Shown piece after piece: positions 1 to 10,200 of a stretch of DNA of 64,000 nt. The notes beneath the pieces are model-generated. The model saw only the letters and a program-made list of their open reading frames with translations, made no database searches and was not told the origin of the DNA. This DNA is from Candidatus Levyibacteriota bacterium (GTDB taxonomy: Bacteria > Patescibacteriota > Microgenomatia > Levybacterales > UBA12049). The number at the start of each line of letters is the position of its first letter. Positions within the stretch are counted from its first letter, which is position 1. The stretch covers positions 4,620 through 68,619 of the forward strand of contig JBBRCK010000004.1 in NCBI GenBank assembly GCA_038205015.1, read 5' to 3'. Position numbers and translations under genes: made by a program.

Positions 1-74
1 CAATTTTGGATTTTAAAATTTTACCCGATGCAGTTTCTGATCATGCCGCTTTGTATTTGGAGTTTGGGATTTAA
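1..74 (+). CDS. 3' end of an unidentified CDS (5'-truncated by window edge); reads ...ILDFKILPDAVSDHAALYLEFGI*
   Basis: Open frame from window edge (codons from nt 3) to TAA at 72-74; too short to assign function. Confidence 0.3.
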   Translation, partial: ILDFKILPDAVSDHAALYLEFGI

Positions 75-113
75 TTTGACTTTTTGGAAGTAGTAAGGTA
101 GTTTAAAGATGTA

Positions 114-515
114 ATGAAAAAAGGTTATAAGGGTAGTATTGAAAAATTAACGCTGGAAAATGAAAACTTCCGACAGGTTTTATATACCGCAAAACATTGT
201 CAATTAGTTTTGATGGTACTTAGGCCCGGTGAGGACATAGGGATGGAAGTTCATGATGGTAACGATCAATTTTTCCGATTTGAAAAAGGCGAGGGAAAAG
301 TAATTATTAACGAGACAGAATATGCTGTTGCAAACGGCGATGCAATTATTGTTCCGGAAGGAGCAAAACATAATATTATTAATACTTCACAAACCGAAAC
401 GCTTAAGCTTTATACAATTTATGCTCCTGCGCATCATCTAGACGGGATTGTAAGAAAAACAAAACAGGAAGCGGTTTCCGATTCTCCGGAATTTGATGGA
501 ACAACCACAGAATAA
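114..515 (+). CDS. cupin-domain protein
   Basis: 133 aa, small beta-barrel-like sequence with His/Glu motifs (EVHDGNDQFF...AKHNIIN) typical of cupin fold. Confidence 0.45.
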   Translation: MKKGYKGSIEKLTLENENFRQVLYTAKHCQLVLMVLRPGEDIGMEVHDGNDQFFRFEKGEGKVIINETEYAVANGDAIIVPEGAKHNIINTSQTETLKLYTIYAPAHHLDGIVRKTKQEAVSDSPEFDGTTTE

Positions 516-529
516 AATAGGTTAAATAT

Positions 530-787
530 TCATCTTTGGCGCATTAAAGCATCTCTTGTTGTAGCAATTTTTCCTGCTTCGGCGATACCTAGCTTAAATG
601 TTATTGGAGGTTGAGTTTTGCTAGCAGATATTTGACAAGTTGCTGCGTCCAATTGTTCTTGCCCATTATGAGCAACTATAACAATCATTCTTTTTTCAAC
701 GAATAATATTCTTGACAAAACATTTCTATCCAGTAAGTCTGGAGGAGGAGGGTCTGATGGATAATCAACTTCCAATGGTTGTGCCAC
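530..787 (-). CDS. hypothetical protein (possibly gene fragment)
   Basis: 85 aa ORF, no recognisable motif; lies just downstream of NUDIX-like ORF in different frame. Confidence 0.2.
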   Translation of the reverse strand: MAQPLEVDYPSDPPPPDLLDRNVLSRILFVEKRMIVIVAHNGQEQLDAATCQISASKTQPPITFKLGIAEAGKIATTRDALMRQR

Positions 788-843
788 TTAAGAGTATTAT
801 GATTACTTTTGGAAATAAAAATCAAGATATAAAACTTAAGAAG

Positions 844-1290
844 TTAATCGATGTATCTTTCGCCTTTGGTTTTTCTAATTGAGGAATTGATTACCCTTTG
901 CATTACCATAATATCCTGTTTTGTTTGGGGAGCAAGCTTGAGTTTTAAAGTTTCTTTAAAATCAAACCATTTATATTCCGCGTTTTTTCCGTTAAAGTCT
1001 TCTAATTTTTTTACTTTTGCATAGGAGATAAAATTATTTTTTTTAAGGTCGTCATGAAAATAATCATAAACAGAAAAAATAGATTTTATATCGAGTTCTA
1101 TTTTGAAAAGGGATTTAATTAAACGCCTAAAACAATCTTTATCTGTTTCGTCTTTTTCTGCTTTTGCATAGAAAAGAGACCACACCGAAGAGTTTGGGTC
1201 AGTTTGTTTTTCCTTTTGCAAGAGAATTCGCTGGGTCCTTGAATGGTAGAGGAATCCACTTGCATAAAAATCTTTATGCATTAAGTACAT
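844..1290 (-). CDS. NUDIX-like protein with degenerate Nudix box
   Basis: Segment WSLFYAKAEKDETDKDCFRRLIKSLFKIEL aligns to GX5EX7REUXEEXGU box but catalytic REx2EE replaced. Confidence 0.35.
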   Translation of the reverse strand: MYLMHKDFYASGFLYHSRTQRILLQKEKQTDPNSSVWSLFYAKAEKDETDKDCFRRLIKSLFKIELDIKSIFSVYDYFHDDLKKNNFISYAKVKKLEDFNGKNAEYKWFDFKETLKLKLAPQTKQDIMVMQRVINSSIRKTKGERYID

Positions 1291-1337
1291 TATAGCTTAT
1301 TTGAGGACAAAAAGTATGACCAAAACTAGTGCTGTAG

Positions 1338-1703
1338 GTGTATAATTTCCAAATGGATGATACCGGATTTAGACAATTAGTAAAAGAAGCTATTGATTCA
1401 CTCCCTAAGGAATTTGCCCAAAAATTAAATAATGTTGAAGTTGTAGTAGATGATTATCCAACTCCGTATCAGGTAGCAAAGTCAAAAATTCCTTATCATA
1501 CCCTTTTACTTGGTTTATATGAAGGAGTTCCTCAAACAAAAAGGGGAGTTTACTACAGTGCGCTTCCGGATAAAATTACTATTTTTAAAAATGCAATTTT
1601 ACAAATTTCTCAAACAGACGATGAAATAAAAGAACAGGTTAGAAAAACTGTAATTCATGAAATTGGTCATCACTTTGGATTATCAGATGAGCAGATGAAA
1701 TAG
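1338..1703 (+). CDS. minimal Zn-metalloprotease-like protein (MMP-like/COG3824 type)
   Basis: 121 aa with C-terminal HEIGHHFGLSDEQM (HExxHxxGxxD) motif. Confidence 0.5.
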   Translation: MYNFQMDDTGFRQLVKEAIDSLPKEFAQKLNNVEVVVDDYPTPYQVAKSKIPYHTLLLGLYEGVPQTKRGVYYSALPDKITIFKNAILQISQTDDEIKEQVRKTVIHEIGHHFGLSDEQMK

Positions 1704-1715
1704 CTAATATTTGAA

Positions 1716-2162
1716 TTAACGAGGCATTCGTACGGCCAGAGAATCTGTGGTTGATTCATGAATAATTTCCTTAATACGTTCGCTTAGTTCTGCGCCTGGA
1801 ATTCTGAATTTCCTTGATCGAGTCTCACTAACTTTGCGAAAATACGCTTCTTCTTCCTCTTCTGTTTTAATATCTTGTATCGGTTCTCCCGGAAATGTTC
1901 TTAAGTACCAAGTACTATGTTCTCCATCGAGTCCTGTTCTTACTTCGTTAATAACTACGATGTTTACATTCATACCATTTTGGACATCACCTAAAAAGGC
2001 TTGCGCAGTCCCGTATTTAGTACGAATTGGGGTAGAAGGGTCTCCGTATACATTAAGATTTGCATCTATTCGTGTTTGTTCATCTACAAGTTGCCAAAAA
2101 TAACGTCTTCTTGGAAAGTCGTATCGTTGTTCGGGATGTAGGCGTTCTGATACAGCTGGCAT
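1716..2162 (-). CDS. hypothetical protein
   Basis: 148 aa ORF, higher GC than neighbours, no motif recognised. Confidence 0.3.
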   Translation of the reverse strand: MPAVSERLHPEQRYDFPRRRYFWQLVDEQTRIDANLNVYGDPSTPIRTKYGTAQAFLGDVQNGMNVNIVVINEVRTGLDGEHSTWYLRTFPGEPIQDIKTEEEEEAYFRKVSETRSRKFRIPGAELSERIKEIIHESTTDSLAVRMPR

Positions 2163-2320
2163 ATAGTGGATGATTATACTGCTAAATTAATACTTGTCAA
2201 TATTCTTATAACTCAAATAGTACTTTTCTTTAGCGTTGACTTTAGGCCTATATTTATGTTAATATTTTACTTCGGAATTTAAATAAACCAATTTTTGTCT
2301 GTCCTCAAAAGAATTTTGTT

Positions 2321-3781
2321 ATGAAAAAACTTAATAAATTTAAAAAATTATTTTTGGTAAAAGTACCTCTTTTAAACACAAAAAGAAAAGAAATCTTTAA
2401 AAAAGTATTTGTTTTTATTCAAAAAAAACCATTTACAGCATTTTTTTCTGTTTTGGGAGTTTTTTTAATTTTATTAATTTTAGGAAACGTTTTGTTTGCT
2501 CCGAAAGTCTTACCTCAAACTAACCAAGAAGTACCAAAGCTTGTAAAAATATATAAACTTGGCAGTGCGCCTGAAGTAAGTTTTCAGGGAAAGATTGAAA
2601 AAAGTGGAGTCATAAAAATAGTTGCGCAAATGGGGGGAGTTGTTAGTTATATAAATGTTTCCGAAGGACAAAATATTAGTATGGGTACAAATATTTTGTC
2701 TCTTTCAACTAATTATTCGGGTGGAAACGTAATGACAATTTCAAGACAAATTGCCCAAACCGGTTACGAAACGGCTAAATCTACCAACCAGACTCAAAAA
2801 GACATAATAATTAGGCAAAGAGAAATTGCAGATAAAGCTAAGGACAGCGGGGATAAAATTAGAGATATTACTAATCAGTCTGCATCCGATACTCAAGCAC
2901 TTTTTGATTTAAACAAAACAATAGTTGAATCTTTAAGACAAAATATTACAAATTTAGAAAACACGAATGTAGGAGGAGCAAATGACACTTTAATTTTACA
3001 ATCTAAACAACAACTTACGCAGTTTCAGGCAGCAATGGTTTCCACAGCTACCCAATCTAAAAATTTAACATTGCAAGGGTCATCCGATTTATCGACAACT
3101 TTACAACAGTATCAAATTGCCTTAAAGCAATTGGAAATTCAGGAAAAAGCGGCCGACATGAATCTGGAAATTTCCAGACTTCAATATAATTTGGCTTTAG
3201 TTAGTGAAGCAAATATGTATCCTTCAACTCCATTTTCCGGAACAGTTGATAAAATTTTTGTTCGCGTAGGAGATAACGTAACTTCCGGAACGGTTTTAGC
3301 CAGTATATCGGGTAATAATCAGCACGCGAAGATAGTTGTAAATGTGTCTTCGGATATTGCCAGGAATATTTCGGTAATCGAAGCTTCAACTTTGAATTTG
3401 GGGAGTAAAACTATTCAGCTTATGCCATCATACGTTTCCAAAGATGCAACGAGTGGAGTCTTATATTCTGTAACTTATGAACTTGACGATTCTTTTACGG
3501 ATAAACTTACCAATGATTCTTACGTTAATGTACAAATTCCAATTGGAACACCGGATACTTCCAATTTTGACCCGTTTATTCCTTTAGATAGCGTAGTTCA
3601 AACGCAGGAGGAAGCATACGTTTATGTAATTGATAATAAAAATGTGGCCAGAGTTAAAAAAATTACTTTGGGACAAATTCAAGGTAGATTTGTGGAAGTA
3701 ATGTCAGGTCTTCCAAAAAACTCGGAAATAATTTTGGACAGAAATGTAATCGAAGGCGATAAAGTTAAAATAGCAAGATAA
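2321..3781 (+). CDS. efflux pump periplasmic adaptor (membrane fusion protein, HlyD/RND-MFP family)
   Basis: N-terminal TM helix, long coiled-coil middle region, C-terminal beta-barrel segments; immediately upstream of RND permease. Confidence 0.6.
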   Translation: MKKLNKFKKLFLVKVPLLNTKRKEIFKKVFVFIQKKPFTAFFSVLGVFLILLILGNVLFAPKVLPQTNQEVPKLVKIYKLGSAPEVSFQGKIEKSGVIKIVAQMGGVVSYINVSEGQNISMGTNILSLSTNYSGGNVMTISRQIAQTGYETAKSTNQTQKDIIIRQREIADKAKDSGDKIRDITNQSASDTQALFDLNKTIVESLRQNITNLENTNVGGANDTLILQSKQQLTQFQAAMVSTATQSKNLTLQGSSDLSTTLQQYQIALKQLEIQEKAADMNLEISRLQYNLALVSEANMYPSTPFSGTVDKIFVRVGDNVTSGTVLASISGNNQHAKIVVNVSSDIARNISVIEASTLNLGSKTIQLMPSYVSKDATSGVLYSVTYELDDSFTDKLTNDSYVNVQIPIGTPDTSNFDPFIPLDSVVQTQEEAYVYVIDNKNVARVKKITLGQIQGRFVEVMSGLPKNSEIILDRNVIEGDKVKIAR

Positions 3782-3786
3782 CCTCT

Positions 3787-6700
3787 ATGAAGCATATTTC
3801 TACTTATTTAAAACACCTTAAATTCGATAAAGGTTTACAAAATTCTCTAATTTCCAAATATCTGACAAATTTAAGGCTAATTGTTTTAATTGTTGTGGGA
3901 ATTTTGGTTTTTGGAATAATCAGTTTTACGGGTTTAGAGAGAAATTTATATCCTGATATCAAAATACCGACGGTAATTGTTGCGACTGTCTTGCCGGGAG
4001 CAAATCCCAATGATGTTGAATCTTTAGTAACAATCCCACTGGAAGAATCCGTGACCGGACTTTCAAAAGTAAAAACCGTACAATCAAGTTCTTTGGAGTC
4101 TGTTTCTACAATTTCGGTTGAGTTTGAAACCGGGGTAGATCCGGAAAAAGCAAAAACAGACGTTCAGTCGGCAATTGATTCGGTAACTCTTCCTGAAAAT
4201 GCCCAAAAGCCAAAGGCGATGAAGATTGATTTACAAAAAACCCCGATTTGGACTTTTAATTTAGTTAATCAGAAGTCAGATAAGTCAAGTCTTATCCGAT
4301 TTGCCAAAAAACTTAAGCAGCAATTAACGGACTTACCAAATATTGATAACGTTACTACATCGGGAATGGATGAACAGGAGATCCAGATTATTATTAAACC
4401 GGAGGCAGTAGCAACTTATAAAATAAATCCTCAGCAGTTAATTGGAGCCGTAAAAACAGCACTTAATACTTTTCCCGCCGGGAATGTAACTACTCAAAAT
4501 TCCATTTTCTCTCTGACAGTAAATCCTTTAATTGATTCAACCGATGATATCAGGCTTTTAAAAGTAAATTTAAACACTCAGATAGTATCTTTAGGAGATA
4601 TTGCAATAGTTGAGGAAAAATCCAAACCAGATCAATACCCGCAATATATACAAAACAAAAACGAAAATATTAAGCCGTCGATTGGATTTAGTGTTTATAG
4701 GGCAACAGCCGTAAATATAGATACTGCCGAAAAAGAAGCACATAACAAAATTGACGAGTTGCTTTCTCAGGAACAAGGAAAGTTTAAAATTGAAACTGTT
4801 GTTAATTATTCGGATGCAATAATCACTCAGTTTAATGAACTCCAAAAAAATTTAATAGAGACAATTATTTTAGTTGCTGTCGTTTTATTTTTATTTTTAG
4901 GTGCAAGGCAGGCTTTTGTTGCATTACTGGCAACTCCATTAACGTTTCTAATCTCCTTTATTATTATGAGCTTGACGGGTATAACGCTTAACTTTATTTC
5001 GTCATTTGCGCTTTTACTCTCTCTTGGACTTTTAGTTGATGATACGATTGTAGTAATTTCCGCTATTACCGCTTATTACAGGTCGGGTAAATTTACGCCT
5101 TTTCAAACCGGTCTTTTAGTCTGGAAGGACTTTTTGACTGTAATTACTACAACAACGATTACCACCGTGTGGGCGTTTTTGCCGATTTTAATTTCAACCG
5201 GAATAATTGGAGAATTTATTAAACCAATTCCAATTGTTGTTTCAACAACTTTAATCGGCTCATTTTTAGTAGCAATGTTTGTAACCTTGCCATTTATAAT
5301 TTTCCTTCTTAAACCTTCATTTCCAAAAAGAGTGGTGATACTTTTTAAAATTTTACTTCTTTTAATAACGATTAGTTTGCTTTTCGTATTTTTGCCGAAA
5401 AACTCACTGCTTCTTTTACAAGTTCTTTCATTTTTAATTTTCTTGTTTGTAGGATTTAGGATAAGAAAACAAATTAAAGAAAAACTTTCCCAAAAGTTTA
5501 ATTTTAAAATCTCTAGCCAAAATAAAAAAAGACTTGGTGATTATCTTGAACAAGGAGTAATTAGTCTTCAAAGAGTTGAGTATTTTTATTCGGGCTTTAT
5601 TTACCGAATTTTAAGTTCACAAAAAGCCAGAAAACAGATTCTAATAATGGTAATTATATTTTCGATATTTTCTTATCTGCTGGTCCCATTTGGATTTGTA
5701 AAAAGCGAGTTCTTTCCAAAATCAAACGGGGATATTTTAAATGTAAATGTAGAGCTTCCTGCCGGAACAAATCTTTACACAACCAGAAATGAAGCCTTAG
5801 ATATCGTCAAGAGCTTAAAAGACATTCCCGAAACGGAATTTGCCCTTTTAAATTTGGGTTCAATGTCCAGTCCCTTTGGTGGTGGTTCTGCTTCTTCCAA
5901 CAGTTTTCAAATCACGGTTAAGTTAAAAGATAAAAACTATAGAAAGCTTGATTCATCAACCATCGCCGAAGATATAAGAGAAAAATTTAAAAATTATAAT
6001 ATCGGCAAGTTATCCGTTGCCGAACAATCCGGTGGTCCGCCAACAGGCGCTGATGTTCAAATAAAACTCTTTGGATCCGATCTTACTATCTTAGATCAAT
6101 ATGCAACTAAGGTTGAGGATTTTCTTAAAAAAGAACCGGGCGCTACCAACATAGACAAGTCTATCAAACCGGGAACTTCTAAAATTGTTTTTATTCCTGA
6201 TGAGCAAAAAATTTCTCAGGCAAATTTAACGCCGGATGTTGCGGGTTTTTGGTTAAGACTTTTTGCAACCGGAATAAAAATTGGCACGATAAAATTGGAT
6301 AAGGATTTAAATATTGCCGAGGATATAACCTTAAGAATGGATTCATCTTCTTCTAAGGTTGAGGATATTGGAAGTATTAATATTCCAACTCAAAACGGAT
6401 TAACTTCTTTATCATCGATTGGAAAATTAGAGCTTCAATCAAACCCAACTCTTATCTCAAGAGAAGGAGGAAAAAGAACAATCTCGATTACGGCAAGTGT
6501 TAAAAAAGGTTATACAATCCCTCAGGTTAATGCTAAACTTTCAGCTTTTGCAAAAAGTGGATTAAATCTTCCTTCCGGATATTCTTGGTCAGCCGGTGGA
6601 GCAAATGAACAAAATCAGAAATCGGTTCAGACAATTTATAACGCAATGTTAATTTCGATTCTTCTAATTATTATTACCATGGTTTTGCAGTTCTCATCTT

Positions 6701-7110
6701 TTAGAAAAGCCTTTATTGTTATCTTGGTAATTCCTTTATCAATTTCCGGTGTTTTTATAATATTTGCCTTAACGCAAACCGCTTTGTCATTTCCGGCATT
6801 AATCGGAGTATTGGCTTTATTTGGAATTGTTGTTAAAAATTCAATTTTAGTAGTTGATAAAATAACCGCTAATATCAAAACTGGAATGGAATTTAAGCAT
6901 TCAATTGCTGACGCGGCATCTTCAAGACTTGAGCCAATCGCTTTAACGTCAATTTGTGCAATTGTTGGACTTATTCCAATTACAATCTCAGATCCTTTGT
7001 GGAGAGGCCTGGGCGGCGCAATCATTGCAGGGCTAACATTTTCAGGTACTATAATGCTTTTCTTTATCCCGGTTATTTACTATTATATTTTTAACCCGAA
7101 AAGAAAATAA
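3787..7110 (+). CDS. RND family efflux transporter permease (AcrB/HAE1-like)
   Basis: 1107 aa, 12-TM architecture with two large periplasmic loops; N-terminal LERNLYPDIKIPTVIVATVLPGANPNDVESLVTIPLEE matches AcrB consensus. Confidence 0.8.
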   Translation: MKHISTYLKHLKFDKGLQNSLISKYLTNLRLIVLIVVGILVFGIISFTGLERNLYPDIKIPTVIVATVLPGANPNDVESLVTIPLEESVTGLSKVKTVQSSSLESVSTISVEFETGVDPEKAKTDVQSAIDSVTLPENAQKPKAMKIDLQKTPIWTFNLVNQKSDKSSLIRFAKKLKQQLTDLPNIDNVTTSGMDEQEIQIIIKPEAVATYKINPQQLIGAVKTALNTFPAGNVTTQNSIFSLTVNPLIDSTDDIRLLKVNLNTQIVSLGDIAIVEEKSKPDQYPQYIQNKNENIKPSIGFSVYRATAVNIDTAEKEAHNKIDELLSQEQGKFKIETVVNYSDAIITQFNELQKNLIETIILVAVVLFLFLGARQAFVALLATPLTFLISFIIMSLTGITLNFISSFALLLSLGLLVDDTIVVISAITAYYRSGKFTPFQTGLLVWKDFLTVITTTTITTVWAFLPILISTGIIGEFIKPIPIVVSTTLIGSFLVAMFVTLPFIIFLLKPSFPKRVVILFKILLLLITISLLFVFLPKNSLLLLQVLSFLIFLFVGFRIRKQIKEKLSQKFNFKISSQNKKRLGDYLEQGVISLQRVEYFYSGFIYRILSSQKARKQILIMVIIFSIFSYLLVPFGFVKSEFFPKSNGDILNVNVELPAGTNLYTTRNEALDIVKSLKDIPETEFALLNLGSMSSPFGGGSASSNSFQITVKLKDKNYRKLDSSTIAEDIREKFKNYNIGKLSVAEQSGGPPTGADVQIKLFGSDLTILDQYATKVEDFLKKEPGATNIDKSIKPGTSKIVFIPDEQKISQANLTPDVAGFWLRLFATGIKIGTIKLDKDLNIAEDITLRMDSSSSKVEDIGSINIPTQNGLTSLSSIGKLELQSNPTLISREGGKRTISITASVKKGYTIPQVNAKLSAFAKSGLNLPSGYSWSAGGANEQNQKSVQTIYNAMLISILLIIITMVLQFSSFRKAFIVILVIPLSISGVFIIFALTQTALSFPALIGVLALFGIVVKNSILVVDKITANIKTGMEFKHSIADAASSRLEPIALTSICAIVGLIPITISDPLWRGLGGAIIAGLTFSGTIMLFFIPVIYYYIFNPKRK

Positions 7111-7119
7111 TTTCTCCTC

Positions 7120-7149
7120 TTGACACAAGCTAATTAGCTATGGTATAAA
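7120..7149 (+). promoter_or_regulatory. sigma70-type promoter TTGACA-18-TATAAA upstream of rpoB
   Basis: TTGACA 7120-7125, TATAAA 7144-7149. Confidence 0.4.
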
Positions 7150-7174
7150 CTTAACACTCTTAAGGAACGCAAAT

Positions 7175-7204
7175 GGAAAGGCTGATGGCCTTGTCCATTT
7201 TTTT
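7175..7204 (+). promoter_or_regulatory. leader hairpin + U-tract (attenuator/terminator-like) in rpoB 5' leader
   Basis: GGAAAGGC/GCCTT(G)TCC stem with TGATG loop followed by ATTTTTTT, 40 nt before rpoB ATG. Confidence 0.35.
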
Positions 7205-7241
7205 GGCATTATTATGTCAACCTATAAGATAAAAAACACCG

Positions 7242-10200
7242 ATGGCAAAAAAGGGCAATACCGATACTAAAGATGACATTAGAATCAACTGGGGCAAGGA
7301 TTTTTCTTTGTTGCCAAAGTTGGACTTATTGGAAATACAAAAAGAGTCCTATAAGTGGTTTTTAGATAAAGGTATTAAGCAAATCCTCGAAGAAATTTCC
7401 CCAATTGATGATTTCACCGAAAAAAACTGGACACTCGAACTAAAAGATTACCGTCTAGGAAAATTATCATCTACCCCAGACATTGCTTTGTCAAAAGGCG
7501 TCACTTATGATTCTCCTCTTTATGTAAATGCAACCTTAACCAATAAAAAAACTGGCGCAACTTACGACCAGGAAGTATTTTTGGGAGATATTCCTCAAAT
7601 GACCGACAGGGCAACCTTTATTATTAACGGTATTGAGAGAGCGGTTGTAAATCAATTGGTTAGAAGCCCCGGAGTTTTCTTTACCGCAACACAGGATAAC
7701 GTAACGGGAAAAACTTTGTATAACGCGGAGATAAGACCGGTTCATGGTTCATGGCTTGAATTTACAACTACCAGGCACGAAACAATCATGGTTAAAATCG
7801 ACAGACGCAGAAAATTTTTATCAACCACATTCTTAAGAGCTTTAGGAATTAGTGCAAACGAAGAAATTAAGCATAGATTCCAACACGTTGAGGGTGATGG
7901 GAAAACTAGCTACATCGAAAACACTCTCTTAAAAGATGAAACTCAGGATTCAAATGAAGCCTTGATTGAAATTTTTAGGAAAATGCATCCCGGAGAACCG
8001 GTTGTTTTGGATAAAGTAAGAGAAAATTTCTTGGGAACCTTCTTTAATAACAGAAGATACGATTTGGGAGCGGTAGGAAGATATAAAATGAACAAAAAGT
8101 TATCCACAATTGAAGGATTCAATGTCCCAAGTTTAGAAACAAAAATTTTAACGCTTGATGATATTGTCGGTGCAATCAGCTTTTTAATAAAACTTTCCCA
8201 AGGTCAATATGGTATTGATGATATCGATTCTTTGGCCAACAGACGTGTAAGATGCGTCGGAGAATTAGTTGCAACCACTGCTTTTAGAATCGGCGCATTG
8301 AGACTTGAAAGAAGTGTTAAAGAAAGAATGTCTTTAATTCAACCTGATTTGCCGATTTCAATTGGTGGACTTATTAATGCAAGACCAATTATGGCAGCCA
8401 TTAACGAATTCTTCAGAACTTCCCAGCTTTCCACAATCCTAGATCAAACAAATCCATTATCAGAAGTAGATAACTTAAATAGACTTACAGTTATGGGAAC
8501 CGGTGGAATTTCCAGAGAAAGAGCAGCATTTTCAATCCGTGACATCAATTCTTCCCAGTATTCAAGGATTTGTCCAATTAGAAGCCCTGAAGGACCAAAT
8601 ATTGGTTTAGTAACCTACATGGCTTTATATGCCAGAGTTAATGAATTTGGCTTTTTAGAAGCACCTTACAGAAGAGTTATTCATGAGAATAAAGGAAAAG
8701 ACGAAATTTCAAAAGCATCTAATGACATAGTATATTTATCGGCCGATGATGAGCAAAAACATTACGTTACGCATTCGGGAGTTTTAACCGATTCCGGTAG
8801 AATTGAACAGGAAAGAGTCGCGGCAAGATATAAAGGTGAATTTATCGAAACCGACAGAGCAAATGTTGAATACGTTGACGTGATTCCAAGGCAAGTTGTT
8901 GGAAGCGCGGCATCCTTAATTCCTTTTGTTTCTCATGATGAAGCAAATAGAGCTTTGATGGGTACTCACATGCAATGTCAGGCAGTACCTTTAATCGATC
9001 CTTCAAGTCCGGTGGTTGGAACAGGAATGGAAAATTCTATATCTCAAATGATGGGAAGAGTTATTTATGCTCCATTTGACGGAGAAGTAACTTATGCGGA
9101 TGCAAATAAAGTTATCTTAAAAGGAAAAGGTCAAAAAGAAGAAACCACTTATTATATTGATTCGTTTAAAAGAACTTCTCAGGCAACAGCATACACTCAA
9201 AGAACCATGGTCACAAATGGCCAAAAAGTTAAAAAAGGCGATTTGTTAATTGACGGACCGGCTAGCCAATTAGGAGAATTGGCTTTGGGACAAAATCTTT
9301 TAATTGCTTATATGTCTTTTGACGGACTCGGATATGAAGACGGAATCGTTATTTCGGAAAGACTGGTAAAAGATGATACTCTTTCATCAATTCATATCGA
9401 AAAACACGAAGCAGCGGTTGTAGAAACAAAATTGGGACCAGAAGAAACAACGAGAGATATTCCAAATGTTTCGGAAGAAGATTTAGCGAACTTGGACGAA
9501 GATGGTGTGGTTGTAATCGGTTCGGAAGTTGCACCGGGAGATATTTTGGTTGGTAAGATTGCTCCTAAAGGAGAAACCGAATTGTCAGCAGAAGAAAGAC
9601 TTTTAAGAGCAATATTCGGAGAACAAGCAAGAGAAGTTAGAGACACATCGTTAAGAATGCCACACGGAGAAAAAGGAACAGTTGTCAGTATTCATGTTTT
9701 GGATAGAAAAAAAGGTGACGAATTAGAACCTGGAACAATGAGAAAAATAATTGTCGAAGTTGCACAGTTAAGACACGTTGTAATTGGGGATAAGTTGGCA
9801 GGAAGACACGGAAATAAAGGTGTTATTTCAAGAATTTTGCCGGAAGTTGATATGCCTCATTTGGCAGACGGAACAGCGGTCGATATTATTATCTCACCAA
9901 TTTCAGTACTCGCCCGTATGAATTTGGGACAGCTTTTGGAGGCTCATTTAGGTTGGGCAGCAAATGCGCTTGGTGAAAAAATTGCCATGCCGGTTTTTGA
10001 AGAAGTAAACGAAGAAAAAATTGTCTCCGAGCTTAAAAGAGCAGGACTTCCTCTTGATGGAAAAGCAACTCTTTATGACGGAAGAACAGGTCTAGCTTAT
10101 GATAATCCGGCCGTAGTTGGAATTGAATATGTTATGAAACTTATCCATATGGTAGAAGATAAGACTCATGCAAGATCAACCGGACCATACTCTTTAGTTA

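Noticed and set aside
1-17. Exact 17-nt repeat CAATTTTGGATTTTAAA shared between window start and the rpoC 5' end (10691-10707)
   Set aside because: Both encode the peptide ILDFK with the genome's preferred AT-rich codons, so chance identity through codon bias is most likely; no further similarity flanks the match. Not a mobile element boundary
1834-2103. 89-aa plus-strand ORF
   Set aside because: Lies entirely antisense within the longer 1716-2162 ORF; Ser/Cys-rich low-complexity translation
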